Source of the DNA: an uncultured Methanosarcinales archaeon
GTDB taxonomy: Archaea > Nanobdellota > Nanobdellia > Woesearchaeales > GW2011-AR4
Assembly (NCBI GenBank): GCA_964564925.1
Contig: CAZMBY010000001.1
Coordinates: forward strand, 37,929-101,928
Length of the DNA: 64,000 nucleotides
Reading direction: 5' to 3'
Each line of letters starts with the position of its first letter. Position 1 is the stretch's first letter. The notes below the pieces were generated by a model. The model saw nothing but the letters and a program-made list of their open reading frames with translations, was not told the DNA's origin and did not search any database. Made by a program: the position numbers and the translations under genes. Positions 1 through 9,600 of the stretch are shown piece by piece.

Positions 1-69
1 GTTTTATTCATCATTTAATATTTAATTCTACTTATATAATAAATATTAATAAATCAAATTTTTCCAAAG

Positions 70-108
70 GATACTTATATAATATGTAATTTAACTTATA
101 AAATATAA
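70..108 (+). promoter_or_regulatory. Putative archaeal TATA/BRE promoter upstream of the 109..618 / giant-gene operon
   Basis: AT-rich 'tacttatataata' (about 73-85) lies ~25-35 nt upstream of the ATG at 109, and a second 'cttataaaatataaatg' abuts the start. Seen by eye only. Confidence 0.3.
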
Positions 109-618
109 ATGCAAGAAAAAGAGGGGATTAAGCAGGCTGAAAAAAGAGTTTTGGATACATTAAACTATCTTAAAAAGCAGAAGTATACTCAAGAACAGAT
201 AAGTGAGATTGTTGGAAGAGTTCTAAGGATACAGCCAAAAGAAGAGGTCAAAGTGCCTATTTCTGTTTTCAAAAGTAACCATCTTGGCAGCTTGGAGACA
301 ATTGTAAAGTACCTTAGGGAAAACTTATTTCTTACCTTCAGGCAGATTGGCACCCTGACAAACAGAAATCAGGTGGCATTGGCTGTCACGTACAGAAATG
401 CAAAGAAAAAAGCGCACGCCAAATTTGCTGAAGAGGTGTCCCCTTATTCTATTCCTGTTTCGATTCTTCAGGACAGAAAGCTAAGCGTTCTCGAGAATAT
501 ATCTTCCTACTTAAAAGACACTTTTGGGCTTACTTATCATGCGGTTGCTGTGCTGCTGAACAGGGATGACAGAACAATCTGGACTGTTTACCAGAGGGCA
601 AAGAAAAAGAGAAAATGA
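109..618 (+). CDS. Small DNA-binding protein with two tandem HTH modules resembling sigma-70 region 4 (ECF-type)
   Basis: Internal duplication of a ~55-aa module: '...LGSLETIVKYLRENLFLTFRQIGTLTNRNQVALAVTYRNAKKK' and '...LSVLENISSYLKDTFGLTYHAVAVLLNRDDRTIWTVYQRAKKK'. These match the sigma70_r4 pattern (LxxLxxxxrxvfxLxxxxGlsxxEIAxxLgxsxgTVksrlxRArkkL). The stop overlaps the giant gene start by 4 nt (ATGA at 615-618). Confidence 0.45.
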   Translation: MQEKEGIKQAEKRVLDTLNYLKKQKYTQEQISEIVGRVLRIQPKEEVKVPISVFKSNHLGSLETIVKYLRENLFLTFRQIGTLTNRNQVALAVTYRNAKKKAHAKFAEEVSPYSIPVSILQDRKLSVLENISSYLKDTFGLTYHAVAVLLNRDDRTIWTVYQRAKKKRK

Positions 619-3600
619 ATAGAATACAAAATTTCGAAAAATACGGATATGTTTATGCAGCTGTGCTAGCTGTGATACTTCTTTCAGCAATAATACTCAT
701 TAACAAGCCCGCAACAACAGGATTTGCTGTTGCAAATGAATCTTCTGATGATAAGGCTAAAAGCAAGGATATTAACGAGAGTGTTGAGCCTGCTTCCAAG
801 AAAACAATTGAAATTCCAGCCATAAATGTGTCTGCAGTTGAAACTGGCAATAATGTAACAACAAATGAAACAAAAGATAAGTCAAAAGAGGAAAAACAGA
901 GTGAAAAAAAACCAGAAGACAAAACCATTGAAATAAAGCTTGATTACAAGAGCGGAACTCTGTATGACAGCGATGACGATGGTGTTGAAACAACAACGGG
1001 CATTGTGGACTTAAGCGTTGAAAACACAAAATTCGGCTGGGATGCAAAGGATGAGAACCTTTGCACGAGATGGGAAGTATACAGCATTGAAGATGCAGCT
1101 TCAACTATATTATGCTATGGAGGCGAAAAATGCTGCGAATTCGTCAATTTGCTGTCTTCGCGCCCAACTTGGAACGAGCCGTTTTATGCCAGCTACGGCT
1201 CTTATGGCGCAACCCTGCTCAACATTGTCAGTGCTCAAGTCTTATATGTCGACTACAGCCTGGATCCAAACGAGCCGTTTGCTGAGGTTTACAACAGCGA
1301 ATGGGAAAACTCAAGCGTACAGTTCTTTTCAGAGTACATCGACTTCAAGGACACTTGCATTGACACTTGCCTGCTAAGCGGCTTTAACGAAAGCTCATAT
1401 AAATTGATTTTTGAGATAAATAATTCTGTGCTGGTGCTTGACACATTGACTTATACAACAGTAGAAACCATAGACAAAGTCAGAGTCGATGTAGATGTTA
1501 AGGACAGCGAAGGAATTGCATCAGGCTCTTATAGTCTTTATAAGAATAATGATTTAGTCACAGGGGAATATGTAGAGCCTGATTATTACAATATTGAGAT
1601 TATCCCGAATGAAAAAATCATAGACAGATTAGTTGTCAGGCTCAATATATCAAAGCCATTGACAGCCAAAATAGGCCTTGATGATGTAACCAGGGATATT
1701 TCAATAGATTATGTTGACATAAAGAAGACCTTTGCTGCAAGCCTTGAGGATTTGCAGTTTGACGAGGCTGAGCTGGAAGCGACTGCAAGCGCAAATTCTT
1801 TGTATAGATGCAAGCAATGGGACTTTGAAAGGGAGCTGTGCTTTGGCTCATGGGAAAAAGTGATGGATTTGGCTGCTGGCCAGCAGTACAAGCTTTCATT
1901 GGCAAAGGAGGCTGCTGGATTTGTTGAGGGAAATGCAAACATAACAATATCAAATGCAACTGATTTAATTTTTGTTGCAAATATTCCCAACATAAGCATA
2001 GTCAAAAATGGCAATGCGACCATCAATTTGAGCCAATACTTCTCAAATATTGGCGATAAGACAACTTTCACTTATTATTTGCAAGACAACATGAGCATTC
2101 TGTTTGAAAATGACATTGCAACAATCATCCCCGGCAAGGATTTTGTTGGCAGAAGGATAACATTCATAATTGGAAACCAAAGCGACACAGTTGCTGTCTC
2201 AAACGTGTTCAGCATTAATCTTACAGAAGAAAATCCTGCCTTGAAGCGCGGTAAAAGAGGTCCTAACATATTCGAGGATGAAGATGTCCAATTTAGCCGA
2301 GATGGCATCATCTTTGAAACTCCACAAGGTGATTATTTAGAGACCAAGATTATTCCAGATTTGCCAACGCCTCATTCGCATGGTTATGAAATAAGCAGAA
2401 GAAAATTAGCGCAAAAATTTGCATTCAATGCCACAAATAACGGCATTGCCAATCAATTGAAAAATAAGGCTGTTAATGTAGCATATCAATTAAACTTTTT
2501 GCATGACATATCAGGAGAATATCTCTTTGACAAAATCAACCTTAAAGGCAACAGATTTTTCTTCAAGAAAGACTTCTACTGTAATGTGCAGACTGGCAGC
2601 AATCAGTATAATGTCAAAGGCAATATTTTAAATCAAAATTTGCTTGAAGGCGGAGAATCATTAGTCATAAATATTTCTTATTCATTGCCAGCAGACATTC
2701 AAAAAGATTCTGTGATTACATGCTACGACCCAGTCCAGCCCAACACAGATTATGTTGATGGCTCTGCAACTTTGATTGGGACTGGAAGCCCGGAAACAAC
2801 TCTTGCTTCTTTGGGTACTGACATTCCAGCAGGCACAAACGCTGTCTTAGTTTTTGCATACATGAATACAAGTAGTGCGTCAGACAGTGATACAACATTC
2901 ACACTGCGAAGAAATGGAAACCTGATATTAACAAGTGCTGGCGCATCCCAAATTGAGACTACCGCAGTAGCAGAGACAGAGCTATGGGCAGGAGTTTATC
3001 TCGATGAAAATGCTCCAGCCTCTCCATTATATGAATTGAATGCAACATCAACCCTTTCAAACGCAATAATAGGTGAGGCGAAGATCGCCGTGCTTAACGG
3101 AGTGACTGGATACTACAACAGGTCTTCCAGAACTCCTATCACAGTATCAACAACAGTTCCTACATCGCTTGCAATGGCAAAAACAAATTTACCTGCAGGA
3201 AACCATACAATAATTGCAATAGTCGAATATAATATGACAGGTGCGGCAGGAAGGAATATTGCTGCAAAGGGCCTTCAGTTGAGGAATGTTTCAGGGAACA
3301 CTTTCAGTGTGCTTGCACAGAATGAATATATCATAGAGTTATCCTCGTCTGGTGCTGCAGACAATTCCAGGGTTGCTGTGCTCACAGCCTATGATACAAA
3401 TGCTCCGGCAAATGCGCAATATAATCTGACCTCAGTGATAAGCGGCTCGTTAGTTGTGGGAACAGGCACAATACTGGTGCTGGATTCCAACAACATGTCG
3501 ATAGCATATTCCAACATTTCAAATAATTTAGGTATTACCGCAACTAATATAACAAGCTACACTACAGATTTTCCAGCTGACGGTGATTCAATCGTAATTG

Positions 3601-6600
3601 CAACGGCACAGGCAACATCTACTACATCAAACAAGTTTATACCGGCAGGCGGCCTGCAAATCAGGCAAAATAATGAATCGAGTGTGAACGGCACTTCAAG
3701 CGAATTTACTCTTATGGTTGATGTTGGCGTAGCTGGGAATTTTTTTGGACTTGTCAGAAAATATGGCAATATTTCAGCAAATCCTGATTACAGCCTGTTG
3801 AGCAACATATCAAGCACAGCACACGTAACCACAATGACAGGTAGATTGCTAGCCATAAGAGTGAAAAGCCCTACTGCCGATGTGACTTTCCCGATGGTCA
3901 ACACTTCTTTTAACATTTCAAGCCCGACAGCAGGCCAAGTGATAAACTTCACAGGCAATGCTACAGACGACATTGGATTGGTTGCAATGAACATAACCTA
4001 TAACCTATCGGGAATCATAACCTATCTTAATTTTTCATTGTCAGGCTTGCCAAAATTCCAGCAAGTGAGCAACGTTACCACACTTCCGGCAACAGCAGCA
4101 GTCCTTAATTTCACTTTGTATGCTACAGACATAGGGAATAATGTTAAGCAGAACAGCACTTTGATCAGTGTGACAACAGTAGACCAATTTCCATCATTAA
4201 AAATCAGCTTCAATCTTTCCTCCATACAGCAAGGGAATGTAATAAACTTTTCAGCCAATGCAACAGATGATGCTGGATTATTATTTATTAATTTGACAAA
4301 CAACCAGTCAGGGTCAGGGCAATTTATGAATTATTCAGTTTCTGGAATATCCTATAATGTTAGCAACACAACTTCTATAACTGCTGCCGCTGGAAATGTC
4401 ATCAACTTCACAGCTTATGCAACCGACTCAATAAACCAAGTCACTCAATTAAGCCAGTTGTTTACTGTTATTGAGAGCGCTGCACCTGTTGTCAACACTA
4501 CATTCAATATTTCATCTCCATTAATTAACAACGTGATTAACTTCACAGGAAACATAACAGATGAGAGTGGATTGCTGATGGCAAACATAACATGGAACAT
4601 AAGCGGGATAATCACTTATTCCAATTATACAATTAGTGGAACATCTGCACAAGTCAGCAATGCAACTCAATTAACATCATCTGGAGTATTCAATTTCACG
4701 ATGTTTGCTACAGACACAAGCAATAATGTCAAGCAGAATTCAACTTTGATAATAGTGCCATTTGGCACCTTCTACGTCAACATAAGCCTGCCATTAAATA
4801 ATTCGCAAGTTACAGTTAATACAACATTTTCCTTAATTGCCAATGTAACCTGTAAAAATGCAGATTGCGGCGTTGTTCAGGGGCTTGCAAGGTATAACGA
4901 TAGTGGAAGCAATATCAGCAACAAGAGCATTAGCACTGTAAAATTTGCAACTCCATTGTTTATTAATGGCTCTGGAAGCGGCATTAAGCAATACAATTTT
5001 GGCGGTGTCACCTATCCTGCAGCCATTACATCGAGTAATGCAACTTATGGGTATCATACTTCAACAAAACCACAATTTGTAAATTTAACATCAGAAACAG
5101 AATTTGGTGGTGGAGGGAACACTGCAAATAATTATACTAATATTTCAAGCTTGGATGAAGTTTATGCACTATCTACCGGAGGCTCTAGTAGATTTGTTGC
5201 ACATAAATTCATATTCAAAATTAATGAATCTGAAAGTGCGGTTTCAAAATTGACAATATTTTGGAATGGGACAGGAGGACGCTCAGGGGGCGATTTAGGC
5301 GGTCCTGATGTTAATATCAACTTATCAATTTGGGATAGCAATGCTTGGGAAGTTTTGGGAAATTGTACTAAACCTAATGTTAATCCTATTACAGATTCTG
5401 GTTGTGTGATTAACTCTACCATAATAACAAACATTGGAAATTATATCAATGAAACAGATAACAACGCAGTCTACATATTAGCTATATCATCATTCAGTGG
5501 ACAAGGTGGTCCTGGCGGTTATACCAGTGCTGTTAAAACCAACTACATAGAACTCAATGTTACTTCCACAGCACAAAACCCGCTCTCATGCGGCAATATG
5601 CTCCAAAACGACCAGTGCCAGTTGAACTGGACGATTAATGCTAGCGGTGATGTTGGCTCTCAATTAGTTGTTGATGTCAACTTCAGCTCTGACAATGCAA
5701 ATGTTGCTGCGAATGACACAGAGGATCATTTGATTATAATTGTCGGTGCAGCAGACACAACATTCCCAATAGTAAACACATCATTCAATATTTCATCTCC
5801 ATTAATTAACAATGTGATTAACTTTACTGGAAATATAACTGATGAGACTGGGTTGTTGATGGCAAACATAACATGGAACATAAGCGGGATAATCACTTAT
5901 TCAAACTACACAATCAGCGGAACTTCCGCTCAAGTAAGCAATGCAACTCAATTAACTTCATCCGGAGTATTCAATTTTACAATGTATGCTACTGATACTA
6001 ACAACAATGTAAAGCAGAATTCAACTTTGATAATAGTGCCGTTTGGTGGCTTACTTATCAACATAAGCCTGCCACTAAATAATTCGCAAGTAGTTGCTAA
6101 TACAACATTTTCCTTAATTGCTAATGTAACCTGCAAGAATGCAGATTGCGGCGTTGTTCAAGGAATTGCAAGGTACAACGATTCAGCAAGCAATGTTTCA
6201 AACAAGTCGATAAGCATAACATTTGGAGCAACTCCATTGTTTGTGAATGGCACAGGAGAGGTCATTAAACATTATGATTTTGGAGGAATCACTTATCCTT
6301 CTCCAGTTGCTTTAAGCAATGCAACATACGGCAATCATACTTCCACAAAGCCAGATTCCATAAATTTATCAGGGGAGTCTGAATTTGGAAGTGGTGGAAG
6401 CCTAAATATTAATTATTCAAATATCTCATCTCTTGATGATGTATTTGCTAAAACAAGGGACAACACTGCTAAGTTCGCAGCGCAAAAATTCACTTTCAAA
6501 ATCAATGAGTCCGAGGATGCAATATCCAGCTTAAAAATTCTTTGGAACGGTACAGGTGGTCGAGGAGCAGAAGGCGATTCACAAGGTGTGAATGTCAACG

Positions 6601-9600
6601 TTTCAATTTGGAATAGTAATGCTTGGGAGGCGATTGGAAACTGCACAAAACCGAGCGTAGACGCAAGTAGTGATACTGGCTGTGTCATAAATATATCCAT
6701 CACCTCAAATATTGCTAACTACATAAATGAAACGGACAATAATGCAGTTTATATATTGGCGTTATCAATGTTTCCTGGAAGCTTTGGAAGAGTGAGTGTG
6801 GTCAGGACCAACTATATAGAATTGAATGCAACAACTACAGCAGCAAATCCTCTTTCCTGCGGCAATATGCTCCAAAACGACCAGTGCCAGCTAAACTGGA
6901 CGATTAATGCAAGTGGGGATGTTGGCTCTCAGTTAGTTGTTGATGTCAACTTTAGCTCTGACAATGCAAATGTTGTTGCGAATGACACAGAAGATCATTT
7001 GATTACAATTGTAGGTGCAGCAGACACAACTCCACCAATCGTGAACACAACATTGAATGCAACAACAGGAGCAGATGGGTATCAATTCACTTCAAGGAAT
7101 ATAGATGTCTTGAACTTTACGGGAAATGTGACTGATGAGACAGCTTTGCTGTCTGCAAACTGGACAGTAAACTTCTCAAGCAACAAGCAGTTCATGAACT
7201 ACACTTTGTCTGGAACAAGTGCGCAGGCAAGCAACACAACGGATTTAAGGGGATTGGTTAATGGAAGTGTATTGAACTTTACATTATTTGCAACTGATAC
7301 TTCAAATAATGTAAAACAAAATTCTACTCTGCTGATCGTTACTGACGCTTTAGTGCCTGTTGTGAATACAACCTTAAATGCAACTCCAAGAATAAAAGAT
7401 GTCATAAACATAACAGCAAACATAACTGATGAAACAAGAATAATGACTGCTAACATAACAATCAACTTCACAACAGGGACTGTATACGTAAATTTCACTT
7501 CGACAAGCGCATCATCACAATTCAGCAACTCAAGCCAGATCCCAGACAACTGTGTTGGAGGCTGTGTGATAAACTACACAGTTTATGCCACAGACACGAG
7601 CAATAATGTTAAGCAAAACTCAACTGTTGTGACGGTTATAGACAATGTGTTCCCGATAGTAAATACTACATTCAATAAAACAAACCCTGCGGTTAATGAC
7701 ATAATCAACATCTCAGGAAACATAACGGATGAAACTGGCTTGCTTTCGGCGAACATCACATGGAACATATCAGGCATAATAACTTATTCAAACTATACTC
7801 TTTCCGGAACCTCGGCCCAATTATCCAATTCCACTGCCTTAGCCTGCACTGAGTCTTGTGTTATAAACTTTACAATGTATGCCACAGATGCATCTGCCAA
7901 TGTCAAGCAGAACAGCACATTGCTTATTATAAATGATTTAACTGCACCAGTTGCCAATACAACTTTTAACTCAACAATCCCAAGAAATATAGACATAATT
8001 AATTTCAGTGGCAATATAACTGACGGGATAGGATTGCTTTCTGCAAACTGGACAATAAATTATTCAAATAATAAGATTTACATGAACTATACTTTGTCGG
8101 GAACAACTGCGCAAGTGAGCAACACAACTGATTTAAGGGGATTGGTTAATGGAAGTGTATTAAACTTTACTTTATATGCAACAGACACTTCAAATAATGT
8201 CAAGCAGAATTCAACTCTGCTGATTGTTATTGATTCTTTAGCTCCTGTTGTAAATACGACATTCAATATTTCATCTCCATTCATTAACAACGTGATTAAC
8301 TTTACTGGAAACATAACAGATGAGAGTGGGTTGTTGATGGCAAACATAACTTGGAACATAAGCGGAATGATAACCTATTCTAATTACACTTTATCTGGGA
8401 CTAGCGCACAAGTAAGCAACGCGACAACTTTGCCTTCAACCCCTGCTGTAATTAACTTCACGATGTTTGCTACAGACACAAGCAATAATGTCAAGCAGAA
8501 CTCCACTTTGATTTCCGTAATTGATTTGATCCCAAGGATCAACGCTTCTTTGGATGATGCACTTCCATTCCAATTCTCAAGGGTAAACATGACTGCAAAT
8601 GTCAGCGATGAAACAGGATTGGCTTTCTGCCAGTTCATTGACAACCAAAGCCTCTCTAATGGGGCCAAGACTTACTTCAATACCTCTGTCACTGGAACAA
8701 GCGATCAATGCAGCCAAAACTATACGATAAGATTGGCTGCTGGAAGCGTGATTAACTTTACTGTTATTGTGAATGATACAAATAATAATATTAACGCTAG
8801 TGTTAATAGAAGTGATTCTGGTACTTTACATATTGGGCAGATTATAACTGTTAGATCTAATGCTATTAATAATTGTACCACACTTGATGCTCCAAATTCA
8901 GTTTTTAACTTAACGCAAGATGCAAATAGCGGGGAAACCTGCTTCTACATAGCTGCGAATAATGTAACTCTAGATTGCAAAGGTTTTGAGATTAATTATT
9001 CGCAAAGCGCTGTTGGGTATGGAATTAATATATCAAGCCAGAATTATTCTACTGTTAAAAGCTGCAATATTGTGCAGGCTGATTTATCTTCTGATACGGC
9101 AAATTCTTATGGGGTTTATGTATTTAAGAACTCGAGCAACAATACTTTCTACAATAATACAATAACAACTAGTGGGAGTAATGCTAATGGGGTGCATTTA
9201 ACTTCAACTGCTTATAATAATTCTGTTTATAGCAATACGATAGCAACTAGTGGTGCTGGGATTGGGGTGTATTTACTTTTAACTGCTTATGGCAATAATG
9301 TGCATAATAATAACATAACAATAACAACTAGTGATAGTAACGGGTTTGGGGTGTCTTTAAATTCAAATGCTTATAATAATTCTGTTTATGGCAATACGAT
9401 AATAACTAGCGGGAGTACTGGGTATGGGGTGTATTTACTATCAACTGCTTATAATAATTCTGTTTATAGCAATACGATAGCAACTAGTGGGGGTGTTGGG
9501 ATTGGGGTGTATTTAGACACAACTGCTTATGGTAATAATATTTATAGCAATAACATAACAACTACTGGGAGTAATGGGAATGGTGTGTGTTTAGACACAA

